Assembly (NCBI GenBank): GCA_963796275.1 | Contig: CAWCKY010000006.1 | Location: forward strand, 1,632,001-1,696,000 | DNA length: 64,000 bases | Reading direction: 5' to 3' | Origin: an uncultured Acidobacteriota bacterium | GTDB lineage: Bacteria; Acidobacteriota; Blastocatellia; RBC074 | Shown here: positions 41,102 through 50,891 of the stretch, one piece after another | Numbering within the stretch: the stretch's first letter is position 1 | How the letters are laid out: every line of letters starts with the position of its first letter | Notes under the pieces: generated by a model | Databases searched by the model: none | Seen by the model: the letters and a program-made list of their open reading frames with translations, nothing else | What the model was told of the DNA's origin: nothing | Position numbers and translations under genes: made by a program

Positions 41102-42097
41102 ATGAAAAGCATTGCCCTTCTCTATTTGCTGATAATCATTTGTCTGGTGCCTGTCGGCGTCGAGCCTGGCAGGTCCGATGCCAAAGAGGGCTGCGCCTTC
41201 AGCATCACCGGCATGTGGAAATCGGATGTAGCACCGGGAAAGGATCCGATTTTTATTAACTTTTTGCCGAACGGGTGGGTCAGACTGGTCGGGTATTCGA
41301 CAGACACTCTTCCCCAAGACTTCGAGATTGTAGCGGAAGTGAAGTACCAGCTTGATAAACCGGCCGCGCCCAAATCCATTGAATTTACCACCGAGCGTGG
41401 GAATGATGTTTTCCCGCCCGGGGTGACCTCGATGGAGATAACCGAATATAGTGATAATAGCTTCACCATGGTAGCTCCTGAATCCGGAGAACCAACACAA
41501 TGGGTGAGAGCGGAGACGCATAGGTATTTCCTCGCGCTCGCCGCAAGCAGCGGATCTGCTCAGACAGGCGGATATGCATTCGCAGTGTGGGCTGCTTTAG
41601 ATGGGCGCGAGGTAGAAGCCGACGCCCTTGGCATTCAAACAGTCAAAAACGCTGCCGGAAAAATGGCGCCTGTCTTCGGGCCTATACCTGCCGAGGTATA
41701 TAACGGAATCGCTGATGAAAGTAACAAGGATAAAGATGGTAAGAAAGATAAGAATGATAAAACCGTGATTCTGCGTTTGGAGTTGACCGAAGCTGAGTTT
41801 GCGCGGACTCACAATGTTTACAGGATGTGGGATAACAACGTGAAGAATCGGACTCTTCTTTACGCTGATCCTTACATGAATGGCCTGGGGCTCTTGAGCA
41901 GTGCTGTCGAAAGTCTCGGTCAATGTAGCGAATTGATTAAACTGCAGAGATTAACTCCAGCTGAACGTGAGAAGATCATTTCCCAACAAAAGCTTCCGCA
42001 GTACCTGGTCGAGTTTATCGCGGAAATGAGGAAAAGGAACGAGGGGCTGCACGTGGCTGATGCAGTTTTCCCCTGGAACTGGCGTCCGATCCTTTAA
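41102..42097 (+). CDS. Hypothetical secreted protein (paralog B)
   Basis: Signal peptide. Shares CxFxIxGxWK, WVRxxxHRYFLxLA, LRLExxEAE, LLY and ESLxxCSxxIKL with paralog A. Confidence 0.8.
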   Translation: MKSIALLYLLIIICLVPVGVEPGRSDAKEGCAFSITGMWKSDVAPGKDPIFINFLPNGWVRLVGYSTDTLPQDFEIVAEVKYQLDKPAAPKSIEFTTERGNDVFPPGVTSMEITEYSDNSFTMVAPESGEPTQWVRAETHRYFLALAASSGSAQTGGYAFAVWAALDGREVEADALGIQTVKNAAGKMAPVFGPIPAEVYNGIADESNKDKDGKKDKNDKTVILRLELTEAEFARTHNVYRMWDNNVKNRTLLYADPYMNGLGLLSSAVESLGQCSELIKLQRLTPAEREKIISQQKLPQYLVEFIAEMRKRNEGLHVADAVFPWNWRPIL

Positions 42098-42184
42098 CAG
42101 TTATAGCATCGCTTTATTATTTCGTTAGTACTGAAAAAAATCAGTACTATAGGAAAATAACATCAAACCATAAGGAGAAATAGC

Positions 42185-42397
42185 ATGGCTCAAGAACGTC
42201 AAGAAACTCAAGAACTGGTAATTACAAATCTTGCCACAAGTGAAGTCTGTACTAAGACTGCACCGTACGTAAGCAGCAGCACACCTCCCGTGATAGTGTT
42301 TATCAATAAAGGAGATAAGTTCCCGCCGAGTCCCATATCAACTTCCAGCCAACCTACCACCTGGACCCTTGTGAGTGGAACTCAGACGACTATTTAA
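42185..42397 (+). CDS. Small protein, YjzC-like
   Basis: Strong AAGGAG RBS. 70 aa with KGDKFPP...TTWTL, resembling the YjzC KGxxFPP...W pattern from memory. Confidence 0.55.
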   Translation: MAQERQETQELVITNLATSEVCTKTAPYVSSSTPPVIVFINKGDKFPPSPISTSSQPTTWTLVSGTQTTI

Positions 42398-42476
42398 CCG
42401 CCCGATAAACGGGGAATCGATAGTTGATAATTGGTAATTCGTATAAATTTTTGCCACAGGTTATGCGAACCAGCAA

Positions 42477-43760
42477 TTATTGATTCCCCGTCGCACGCTT
42501 GCCGATGCAGTACAAATTTTCTGCGGTGCGAATGAAAATCTGGCCATCGGAAATTGCTGGTGTGCTCAAGCAGTACCCATCCAGTTGATTCTCAGCCAGT
42601 ATCTCAAATTTGGGGCCGGCCTTGACCACGTTCGTCAAACCGTCCTCGTTTGTAATATATATTTTCCCATCCGCCAGCACTGGAGATGCGCTATAGGTGC
42701 CGGGATTGAGACGCTGTCGCCCATAAATATCCTCGCCCGTCTTTGCGTTGATGCACCACATCACCCCATTATCGCTGACGCTGTAAAGGTACTGGCCGTC
42801 AGTCACCGGGGTCGTCACGTGAGGTCCGTTGCTGTGAGTCCAAAGCCGGTGAGTGTTTGTGATATCGGCGTGCCCGCCCGTGCGGAAAGCCGTGAACGGT
42901 TTGACGCGCGCGGGCGCGTAGATAACTCCGTCAAATACCACCGGCGAAGCGACGGCGTGGAAGACGGGATTTTGGGTGGGATTCAGCCCGTTGGCGCGCC
43001 ATACCTCCTTCCCGCTACCCACATCGTGCCCCGTCATACAATCGCCGCCGAGCACCACGATCTGGACAACCTCCCCCTCTTTGAGAAGCGCGGGCGTGGC
43101 GTAGGAATCGAGCGATTCCCTGACGGCGTTCGAGGGGCGTTCAATGCGCCAGACCGTTTTGCCGGTCTTCTTCTCGATCCGCAATACATATGACGGCTCG
43201 TCGGTCTTTGTCCCGTGCACGACCTGCAGATAAAGCGAATCTTCGTAAAGCAGCGGCGAGGAGCTATAACCGTGGTTCATCCCGAACCGGCCATATTCCT
43301 TTTGAATATCGCGCGACCATATTTCACCGCCGGCGAAGTCGAAGCATTTGATGATGCCGGTGCCGGTCATTACCCAAACATTGCTGCCATCGGAAACAGG
43401 AGATGGGCTCGACATGTTCTGTTTACGTTGTCTGCGATTCTCGCCGCCCAGCAACCGCTTCCAAAGCATGTTCCCTTGCTGCCGATCAATGCACCACAAA
43501 TAAATATTTTTATCCTCCGCGACGCTGAGAAAGACCTTCTCTCCCCAGACGATCGGCGCTGATGCGCTCCGTTCCGGCATCGCCAGTTTCCACGCGATGT
43601 TCTCGGTCATGCTCCATTTGATCGGCAAGTTACGCTCGTCGCTCGTTCCGTCGAGCTTGGGGCCACGCCATTGCGGCCAGTTCTCCGCGATGACGAGATT
43701 GAGCGAGATGAGCAGGCACATGGGGATAACAATCAACGCAATCGTTATTCTCCGGCGCAC
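42477..43760 (-). CDS. PQQ-like beta-propeller protein (BamB-like)
   Basis: Signal peptide then ENWPQWRGP, repeated SP...G...W blades, [14 protein letters not shown]. Confidence 0.88.
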   Translation of the reverse strand: MRRRITIALIVIPMCLLISLNLVIAENWPQWRGPKLDGTSDERNLPIKWSMTENIAWKLAMPERSASAPIVWGEKVFLSVAEDKNIYLWCIDRQQGNMLWKRLLGGENRRQRKQNMSSPSPVSDGSNVWVMTGTGIIKCFDFAGGEIWSRDIQKEYGRFGMNHGYSSSPLLYEDSLYLQVVHGTKTDEPSYVLRIEKKTGKTVWRIERPSNAVRESLDSYATPALLKEGEVVQIVVLGGDCMTGHDVGSGKEVWRANGLNPTQNPVFHAVASPVVFDGVIYAPARVKPFTAFRTGGHADITNTHRLWTHSNGPHVTTPVTDGQYLYSVSDNGVMWCINAKTGEDIYGRQRLNPGTYSASPVLADGKIYITNEDGLTNVVKAGPKFEILAENQLDGYCLSTPAISDGQIFIRTAENLYCIGKRATGNQ

Positions 43761-43854
43761 TAATTCCTCCGTTTATGAAAATTAAAAAATGTCGTGATTA
43801 ATGAATCGCGGGGCTAGAGCACAAGTCTATCTATGGAATCCACGATATGCAAAG

Positions 43855-43886
43855 TAGTTGATAGTTGATAGTTCAACTATCAACTA
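43855..43886. repeat. Heptamer-unit hairpin (TAGTTGA)n/(TCAACTA)n overlapping a stop codon
   Basis: TAGTTGATAGTTGATAGTTCAACTATCAACTA. Confidence 0.65.
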
Positions 43887-44777
43887 TGTATTCTTGATGT
43901 CTTCCAGTATCTGCTGTAACTCTTCGACCGAGGTTGGATCGAGGGATCGCGTAGGTGGCCGCACCGTGCAATGTTCGATGATGCCCGCGGCTTTGAGATT
44001 GTGCTTCATTGCGGATACACCCAGGCCCGGCTGAAGTTCAAAGCGAATGAGCGGCAGGTGGCGATTGAATTCGGCGCGCGCTTCTTTCATCCGTCCGGAT
44101 TCGTAATAGCTCCAGACCTTGACGAACATCGCCATCATATCGCTGCCGGGCATCGTACCTCGTGCGCCGCGCTGCAACTCCTCGAGAAAGAAATGCCCGT
44201 TCAGACCGCCGAAGCATACTAGGTGGGAATCGGCGGAGAGTTGCAATGCGCCGATTTTTTCAGTCGTCGGCGGCGCTTCGACTTTGCAATATCTGACGTT
44301 GCTGCACTCCCTCGCCATCCGCGCGATTTGCGGGACGCTCATGTTGACGCCGGTAAGTAGCGGCGCATCCTGGATAATGATGGGGATGCCGACAGCATCG
44401 GAGATAGCCTTGTAATATCCGAACAGGTCTTCGGCTGTCGGTTTGAGGAGATATGGGGGCAGGATCATCAAACCATCCGCGCCTGCATCCTGCGCCTGGC
44501 GTGAGAGTTGAACGGCAACGTGTGTTCCGGTGTGTCCCGTCGATACGAAGACCGGCACACGGCCGCGCACTTCGCCGATGATCAGTTTCATCAGCCGCGA
44601 CTTTTCAGATTCGCTGAGCGCGTAGCCTTCGCTCGCATTGCCGAAGATCGCCATACCGTGTACGCCGCAGTCGATCAGGTAATTGATGAGCGCAAGCTGG
44701 CTCATCGTATCGATTTGGTAATCTTCGTCAAAAGGAGTGAGCGCGATAGGGAAAATACCCTCGAATATTTTATCCAT
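43884..44777 (-). CDS. DHDPS/NAL-family enzyme (2-keto-3-deoxy acid dehydratase/aldolase-like)
   Basis: GIFPIALTPF, GNASE, ILPPY, IIQDAP, Schiff-base Lys in CKVE. Confidence 0.85.
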   Translation of the reverse strand: MDKIFEGIFPIALTPFDEDYQIDTMSQLALINYLIDCGVHGMAIFGNASEGYALSESEKSRLMKLIIGEVRGRVPVFVSTGHTGTHVAVQLSRQAQDAGADGLMILPPYLLKPTAEDLFGYYKAISDAVGIPIIIQDAPLLTGVNMSVPQIARMARECSNVRYCKVEAPPTTEKIGALQLSADSHLVCFGGLNGHFFLEELQRGARGTMPGSDMMAMFVKVWSYYESGRMKEARAEFNRHLPLIRFELQPGLGVSAMKHNLKAAGIIEHCTVRPPTRSLDPTSVEELQQILEDIKNT

Positions 44778-44795
44778 CCAGCAAAGCTCCGTTGT

Positions 44796-45968
44796 TTAGT
44801 TGACAATGAATGGTTGTAATTTCTCTTGGTTGATCTCGATTCCCAGCCCTGGGCCATCAGGAATGCCTATGGTCCCAGCGCCGACCGGCAGGGAACTGAC
44901 CGACATCTCTTCCGCCACGCGCCAGACCTGGGGATTGTATTCGACATAAAACAGGTTCGGGACGGATGCCGCGAAGTGCAAAGCGGCTGCGATCTGTACC
45001 CCGAGTCCAATGCTGATATGGATCGCGAGCGGCACATTATAAAGCTCGGCCATCGCCGCCAATTTCATCCCTTCGGTAATACCGCTGCGTCCGATGTCGG
45101 GTTGAAAAATTTCTACTGCGCCGGCGATGAAGAACGGCTGCATTTCCCAGCGCGTGCGGTAGCTCTCGCCTATCGCAACAGGCGTCTCGATGCTTGCGGC
45201 CAACCGCGCGTGCCCGGCCACATCTTCCGGTTTGAGCGGCGCTTCGAACCAGCCGGCAGATCTGGTATCGAGCTGTTTCCCTATGCTTACCGCCTGTGCC
45301 GCATCGAACCGCCAGAGCGCATCGATAAAAATTTGCGTTTTCGGACTTAAGGTTTCGCGCAATCCATCGATCAACCGCAGTATTTCGTCCGGCGCGCCGT
45401 CGATAAACAGCTTGAAAGCATTGAAACCCTGCCGCTGATATTCAACCGCCTGTGCGATGCGTTCATCATTGGTTGCGCCGGTTAGACCGGAGATATAGGC
45501 GGGCAATGGGTTTTTAAAAGGGCCGCCGAGCAGATCGCAGATGCGCGCATTCAGTGCTTTGCCGCGGATGTCCCAGATGGCGATATCGATTCCCGCAATC
45601 GCATCGAGCATAAAGGATGAGGTGTGGCCCCGCGCGCGCATAGCGGAGTACATCAAGGACCAGAGTTTTTCGTGCGCCAGCGGATCCTCATCGATCAGGA
45701 GCGGCGCGAGAATAAGTTTAATTATGGTACATGCGATCTCCGGCGCGACGGGCGATTGCGATTCGCCCCAACCGGTGACTCCGGCGTCCGTTTCGATTTT
45801 GATCAGGGCGGTTTCGATCTTTGAAGAATAGAGTGTTTGATATGTTGTGGCGAAGCGGTAATCGCCGGCAGACTCACGCAATGAGGCAGGGGAACCGGCG
45901 GTGCCGAGTGATGTCGACAGATCGCGTGGTATCTTGACGGCGTATGCTGTGACCCGGGTAATTTTCAT
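44796..45968 (-). CDS. Mandelate racemase/muconate lactonizing enzyme family (probable sugar-acid dehydratase)
   Basis: IAGIDIAIWDIRGK, metal ligands IDA / FEAP / IGES, PDGPGLGIE. Confidence 0.88.
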   Translation of the reverse strand: MKITRVTAYAVKIPRDLSTSLGTAGSPASLRESAGDYRFATTYQTLYSSKIETALIKIETDAGVTGWGESQSPVAPEIACTIIKLILAPLLIDEDPLAHEKLWSLMYSAMRARGHTSSFMLDAIAGIDIAIWDIRGKALNARICDLLGGPFKNPLPAYISGLTGATNDERIAQAVEYQRQGFNAFKLFIDGAPDEILRLIDGLRETLSPKTQIFIDALWRFDAAQAVSIGKQLDTRSAGWFEAPLKPEDVAGHARLAASIETPVAIGESYRTRWEMQPFFIAGAVEIFQPDIGRSGITEGMKLAAMAELYNVPLAIHISIGLGVQIAAALHFAASVPNLFYVEYNPQVWRVAEEMSVSSLPVGAGTIGIPDGPGLGIEINQEKLQPFIVN

Positions 45969-46000
45969 TTTGTAATGTTAAGCGGACAGTCACCATGCCG

Positions 46001-47296
46001 CTAGCATGGCATAGGAGCGCATTTTTTCACCAAACGGCGAACACACAAATAGGCCACCGGATGCAACACACCCATCAATGCCAGCACGGGCGTATACGAT
46101 TGCCACTCAATCAGATACCCTGCCACCGTCGTGAAGATCGCGCCCCCGATGCCGCCGCCCGTGGCGACGATGCCGTGCGCCGAAGCCACTACGCGACGCG
46201 GGAAAATATCGACGGTCAACGTGACCAGATTCGTCTTCCACGCGGAATGGATGAACAGCACGAAACTGATCAGCAGAATCGTGAGCGGCGTCGTAGGCTT
46301 AAAGAGCAAAAGCAATCCCACCGGCATCAGCAGCGCCGAGGCAAACATCACGGTCTTGCGCGCAGTGATGGCATCGATCCCTCGCCCGATCAACCTTCCC
46401 GAATACCACCCGCCTGTGATCGAACCGGCATCGGCCGCGAGATATGGTATCCATACGACCAAACCCATCTCTGCCAACGTCAACCCTTTCGCTTCGGTCA
46501 GATACTTCGGCATCCAGAATAGATAGAACCACCAGACCGGATCGGAGATGACCCGCGCCACAAGCAGCCCCCACGTTTCAGTGAATCTGAAAAAATCGAT
46601 CCACCTCGGCAAAGTGATGTCGGAGACGCCAGACGGCACCGCGCGAGTCTCACCATCCCTGATCAGCTTCAGCTCTTCCTCGGTAATCCGAGGATGGTGT
46701 TCGGGCAGGTGATAGAAACGCACCCAGGCGATTGCCCAGATCAATCCCAACGACCCGGTAAACAGAAACGCCGCGCGCCAACCGTAACGCAGAGAGAGCC
46801 AGACGACGACAGGCGGAGTAATCAGCGCGCCAGTCACCGTTGCCGCCTGCACCAGTCCGTTGAGCGTGCCGCGCTCTTTGGGAGGATACCACTCCGCGGC
46901 GACTTTTTCGGCCGCTACGAAATTCGCCGATTCCGCGGTGCCCAGCAGGAAGCGGAATACCCCCAGTCCGAACGTCGAACTCGCGGTAGCATGCAGCATC
47001 GCGGCGATGGACCACCAGATGGTCGCCGCACCATATATCAATTTGACGCCGTATCGGTCAATGAGCAGGCCCGAGACGATGTACATCAGCGTGTAGGGAA
47101 TCAGAAAGGCCTGCGAAATCCAACCATACTCGATATTGCTGATGCCGAGCTCTTTCGTCAGTTGCGGCGCGAGCACGGACAGGGTTTGCCGGTCGACGTA
47201 GTTGATGACGGTACTGAGAAAGACCAGCCCGGCAATCCACCAGCGCAGGCGTGGGGTCCTTTTGAGGGCGGGCTTTACTGTGGGTTCAGCGATCAT
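46001..47296 (-). CDS. MFS transporter, ACS/ExuT (hexuronate) type
   Basis: LRWWI...INYVDRQTLSV, EWYPPKERG, DPVWWFYLFWMPKYL. Probable start MIAEP at 47296. Confidence 0.9.
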   Translation of the reverse strand: MIAEPTVKPALKRTPRLRWWIAGLVFLSTVINYVDRQTLSVLAPQLTKELGISNIEYGWISQAFLIPYTLMYIVSGLLIDRYGVKLIYGAATIWWSIAAMLHATASSTFGLGVFRFLLGTAESANFVAAEKVAAEWYPPKERGTLNGLVQAATVTGALITPPVVVWLSLRYGWRAAFLFTGSLGLIWAIAWVRFYHLPEHHPRITEEELKLIRDGETRAVPSGVSDITLPRWIDFFRFTETWGLLVARVISDPVWWFYLFWMPKYLTEAKGLTLAEMGLVVWIPYLAADAGSITGGWYSGRLIGRGIDAITARKTVMFASALLMPVGLLLLFKPTTPLTILLISFVLFIHSAWKTNLVTLTVDIFPRRVVASAHGIVATGGGIGGAIFTTVAGYLIEWQSYTPVLALMGVLHPVAYLCVRRLVKKCAPMPC

Positions 47297-47309
47297 CTGT
47301 TGAGCAAAG

Positions 47310-47413
47310 CATTTATCATTTATCATTCGTCATTTTACATTTGTCATTTGTCATTGAAGGAAGGCATATCAATCAATGACAAATGTAAAATGTAAAATGA
47401 CAAATGATAAATG
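47310..47413. repeat. Heptamer tandem repeats forming a long inverted repeat
   Basis: (CATTTAT/CATTTGT)n facing (AAATGAC/AAATGTA)n. Confidence 0.8.
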
Positions 47414-47439
47414 CCCACGGTTCCATGGCAATCCGAGAA

Positions 47440-49398
47440 TCAATAACAACGCACCTCGAAGATGCGAGCGAGCTTGTCGCCGTTAGTTTCCCGGACGTGA
47501 ATCCGGATGCGCTTCGCGGTGACCGGACTGAACTCGTGGCGGCGCAACCGCTGATGATTGCGCTCCACTCGGGCGAGTTCCACCCACTCCTTTCCTTCGT
47601 CCGTTTGATAGAGCAGCGAATACTGCCTGACCGTCTCCGGCTGCGGCGCGCGCAAGATGTCGATGTTTGCCGCTGCGGATGATGAGAGCGTCAGTTCGCG
47701 CTGGAAGCCGGAATCGAAGGTGAGCTGCACCCGCCGGATCGTCTGCGGTTTTTCCCAGGCGAGTTCGAGCCACGCGCCTGTTTCGCCGAGCGGCGCGGCC
47801 CAGCGGTTTTCATAATCCGGGAGAGCGCGCACCCACCCGTTAATTACATTCACTGCCGTGCAATTCTCGTGTTCGCCTGAAGCGGTTACGCGCGCCAGAC
47901 GCGCCAGATCATGAGGGTCTTCGTTCTTCAATCCCTTGATGCTCTGGTCATCACGCAGAAGCGTTTGTTGCAACGCCTTGAGCATTGCCTTGTCCTCATA
48001 CAAACCGCGAGGCAGTAATTTGTGCTGGATGCAAAGCGCGGCGGTCGTACCGATCGCCTGACCCTCGACCGCGCAGGTTCCCATGACGCGCGTCGAGCTG
48101 AATGCGGTGTGCGTGGCGCTCATGTTGCGCCCGGCCATGAAAAGGTTACGGATGTTTTTACTGTACAGGCTGCGCAATGGAATATTGTAGACATCCTTCA
48201 GCTTGATCGAGACGAATGGCGGTTTCTCAGGATCCTCGAATCCGGTCGGCGGGTGTTCATCGAGGTTCCATCCGCCGATGCAGACGGCGTCTTCGAAATC
48301 GCCGTTGAGCCCCATCAGGTCCTGCTGCGTAAGGATGTGATCGCCGACCAGCCGGCGCGCTTCGCGTTTGCCCGGTAGCATCCCTACCCAATCGAGCGCC
48401 CAGTTGGCGGAAGTGGGAAACCTGCCGGAATTCTTGATGTGGCCCCAGACGCCCATGACTATTCCGAGCAACTCGAAGCGTATCCGCTCGTTGTCGCGGA
48501 TGGTGTTCATATGGCCGCCCCACTCAATCCACCAGTAACCGTATTCCCAGGACTTGATCGGGCGTGATTTCAGGTCCTTCTCCGTAATCTTGCGGGCCCA
48601 CTTCGGCGGCGTGAATGGCATGGGCTTACCGAAATCGCGGGCCGTGAACAATATGCTGCAGCCCTGCGTCTGTCTGTCCGCCGTCTCCGGCGCGAGCGAT
48701 TCGCCGAACTCCTCGCGTGATTCGTGACCAACCCGGAACATTGCGCCCGATTCGAGGCCCAACCGGCTGTCGCCCGTGCAATCGCAGAAAAGCTTGGCGG
48801 TAATGCGGTAGATGTGCTCCGTGCGATCGCAGCGCGCCTGCACGCGCTGAATCGTCCCGTCCTTCGATTCGGCGGAATAGAGCGTCGTTTCCAAAAGGAG
48901 CGTGATGTTCGGTTCGCTGACGACCTTGTCGTAAAGCAGCAGGTCCCACAATTCCCAGCAGCGCTGCGGATTGTTGGCCGCGTCGTCGAGCCTGAACTCT
49001 TCGAGGAGGCCGCCTTCGCGCCAGCCGGGGCGGCTCTTGTGATTGTTGGCCCCAACGACGTGCATCTTGATCTCACTCGATGAATTCCCGCCGAGACGCG
49101 AGCGGTCCTGTACGAGGACGACTTTAGCACCATTGCGCGCGGCGCTGACCGCGGCCAGAACGCCGGCCAGGCCGCCACCGGCGACCATCAGGTCGCAGGA
49201 GAGGTCGACCATCGTCATGTTGCGCTCAGTGGGGGCCGCGTTCCTGTCGCTCTGCGGCGCGATCCGCTCTAGCTCCCGGCGTATCTGATCGGCCGATCTG
49301 GGGGCTTGATCGTACTGCTGGGCCAGCCCATCTACCGAAATGAATATTGAGTAGCCGGTCGCACCGGCCGCAGTCGATAAGAAATCTCGGCGTTTCAT
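47440..49398 (-). CDS. Tat-exported FAD-dependent oxidoreductase with C-terminal discoidin/galactose-binding-like domain
   Basis: KRRDFL Tat motif, VAGGGLAG, LGGNSSSE, DCTGD, FMAGRN, C-terminal ARIFEVRCY. Confidence 0.87.
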   Translation of the reverse strand: MKRRDFLSTAAGATGYSIFISVDGLAQQYDQAPRSADQIRRELERIAPQSDRNAAPTERNMTMVDLSCDLMVAGGGLAGVLAAVSAARNGAKVVLVQDRSRLGGNSSSEIKMHVVGANNHKSRPGWREGGLLEEFRLDDAANNPQRCWELWDLLLYDKVVSEPNITLLLETTLYSAESKDGTIQRVQARCDRTEHIYRITAKLFCDCTGDSRLGLESGAMFRVGHESREEFGESLAPETADRQTQGCSILFTARDFGKPMPFTPPKWARKITEKDLKSRPIKSWEYGYWWIEWGGHMNTIRDNERIRFELLGIVMGVWGHIKNSGRFPTSANWALDWVGMLPGKREARRLVGDHILTQQDLMGLNGDFEDAVCIGGWNLDEHPPTGFEDPEKPPFVSIKLKDVYNIPLRSLYSKNIRNLFMAGRNMSATHTAFSSTRVMGTCAVEGQAIGTTAALCIQHKLLPRGLYEDKAMLKALQQTLLRDDQSIKGLKNEDPHDLARLARVTASGEHENCTAVNVINGWVRALPDYENRWAAPLGETGAWLELAWEKPQTIRRVQLTFDSGFQRELTLSSSAAANIDILRAPQPETVRQYSLLYQTDEGKEWVELARVERNHQRLRRHEFSPVTAKRIRIHVRETNGDKLARIFEVRCY

Positions 49399-49414
49399 AA
49401 GCCTCCTTAGAAAA

Positions 49415-49504
49415 TAGTTTTTAGTTTTCAGTTTTCAGTTGGGCGGTCTCGATCGGCAACTAAAAACTAAAAACTAAAAACTGAAAACTGAAAACTGAAA
49501 ACTA
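49415..49504. repeat. Heptamer tandem repeats forming an inverted repeat, overlapping a stop codon
   Basis: (TAGTTTT/CAGTTTT)n facing (AAAACTA/AAAACTG)n. Confidence 0.8.
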
Positions 49505-50779
49505 TGAACCTGTTGTGAACTCTATCCATCCCCCGGATTCGACGGACTGATTGGCGATCAGAATCGTCGCGCAATCGGTCAACCCGACGGTCGCATCGGC
49601 GATCGTCTTCACGTCTCTCCTCCGGACGTGATCGATGAAGGAGACGAGTTCGTCGCGTGTGTCATTGCCCTCTTCGATGTCGATCTCGAACGGCGTACCG
49701 CGGTGAGCCCACGGGTCGTTCGATAGCTTCAGAGTCTTTCCTGCAGTGACTACCGCGGCGTTCGCCTCCGCCGCATTTTTACTGCTTTCCCACGGCACGA
49801 CGTCCGCGCCTTTCTCCTGAAAGAGCAATCCCTTCGAACTGGTCAGGTAAAGACTTCCTTTCGTGCCCATAATCAGCTCCGCCGCTCCTTCGTAGGCATT
49901 GTTGCAGAGCGAGGTGTAGTTGACGCGGACTGTATAGGTTTTCGCCTTTGGGTTGTTCTTCGGTGGGGGAATGTCATACTCGTACAGACACGAGATGTTG
50001 TCGAGCACTTCGCGGCCATCGCGGTAATAATCGACCCCGCCGGAGGCGAAGACGCGTTTAGGGGCTGTCCCGAGGAACCAGTTCACGACATCCAGTTGAT
50101 GGCTGCCCAACTCCGCCATCAGTCCGCCGGAGAATGCTCTGTACAATCGCCAGTTGAGCCGCTTTTCCAGGACATTCCAGTTCGCATCGGACTTCGGCAC
50201 GGGGACCGGGCGCCGCCAGGAGTTGTTGCGATGCCACTGAGCCTTGATCGAGGTAACCTGCCCGATCATCCCCGCTGCGACCATCGCTTGCGCCTGTTTG
50301 TAGATAGGATTCGCCCGTCGCTGCAGCCCGATCTGAAAAACGCTCTTTGACGTGGCAATCTGTCGCGCGAGCTTATTCGCCTCGGCGATGGAATAACACA
50401 TGGTCTTTTCCAGAAACAGATCGCATCCGGCGGCTAGACAATCGGCGGCGATCCGGTAATGCAGATGCAATGGGACGGCGATCACGACCGCCTGCGGCTT
50501 TATGTCGTCGAGCATCTTGCGATAGTCGGCGAAAGTCCTTGTTTTGGGCCCGGCGTACTTTGCGCCCTGCTCCAGGTGCGGCGGGTAATCGTCACATGCG
50601 CCGGCGATCTCCACGCCGTCTATGGTCGACAGAGCGCGGATGAGGTCCGATCCGCGCGCTCCGGTGCCGATCACAGCGAATCTCACCGGCTGTTCATCGG
50701 TTGCGTTTGGTTGAGCGATTGCACTTGTGGTTAAGATCGCTCCGGCGGTGCCCAGAAAAGTTCGACGTGTGATAGACAT
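49502..50779 (-). CDS. Tat-exported Gfo/Idh/MocA family oxidoreductase
   Basis: TRRTFL Tat motif, IGTGARG, FLEKTM, NWRLYRAFSGGLMAELGSHQLD. Confidence 0.92.
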   Translation of the reverse strand: MSITRRTFLGTAGAILTTSAIAQPNATDEQPVRFAVIGTGARGSDLIRALSTIDGVEIAGACDDYPPHLEQGAKYAGPKTRTFADYRKMLDDIKPQAVVIAVPLHLHYRIAADCLAAGCDLFLEKTMCYSIAEANKLARQIATSKSVFQIGLQRRANPIYKQAQAMVAAGMIGQVTSIKAQWHRNNSWRRPVPVPKSDANWNVLEKRLNWRLYRAFSGGLMAELGSHQLDVVNWFLGTAPKRVFASGGVDYYRDGREVLDNISCLYEYDIPPPKNNPKAKTYTVRVNYTSLCNNAYEGAAELIMGTKGSLYLTSSKGLLFQEKGADVVPWESSKNAAEANAAVVTAGKTLKLSNDPWAHRGTPFEIDIEEGNDTRDELVSFIDHVRRRDVKTIADATVGLTDCATILIANQSVESGGWIEFTTGS

Positions 50780-50789
50780 AGCAAGAAAT

Positions 50790-50875
50790 TCACCGCAAAA
50801 GCCACAAAACAAAAAAACACAGAAGAAATCCTTTGCTGTTTTTGTGTTCTTTTGTAATTTTGCGATTTTTGTGTA
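50790..50875. repeat. Periodic palindromic element
   Basis: CACCGCAAAAGCCACAAAAC...TTTTGCGATTTTTGTG between apbE and the Gfo gene. Confidence 0.65.
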
Positions 50876-50891
50876 AAACCCTCCTTGTGTT

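Noticed and set aside
42185-42397. RiPP precursor modified by the copper oxidase
   Set aside because: No recognisable leader/core structure, and no RiPP maturase, peptidase or exporter nearby.
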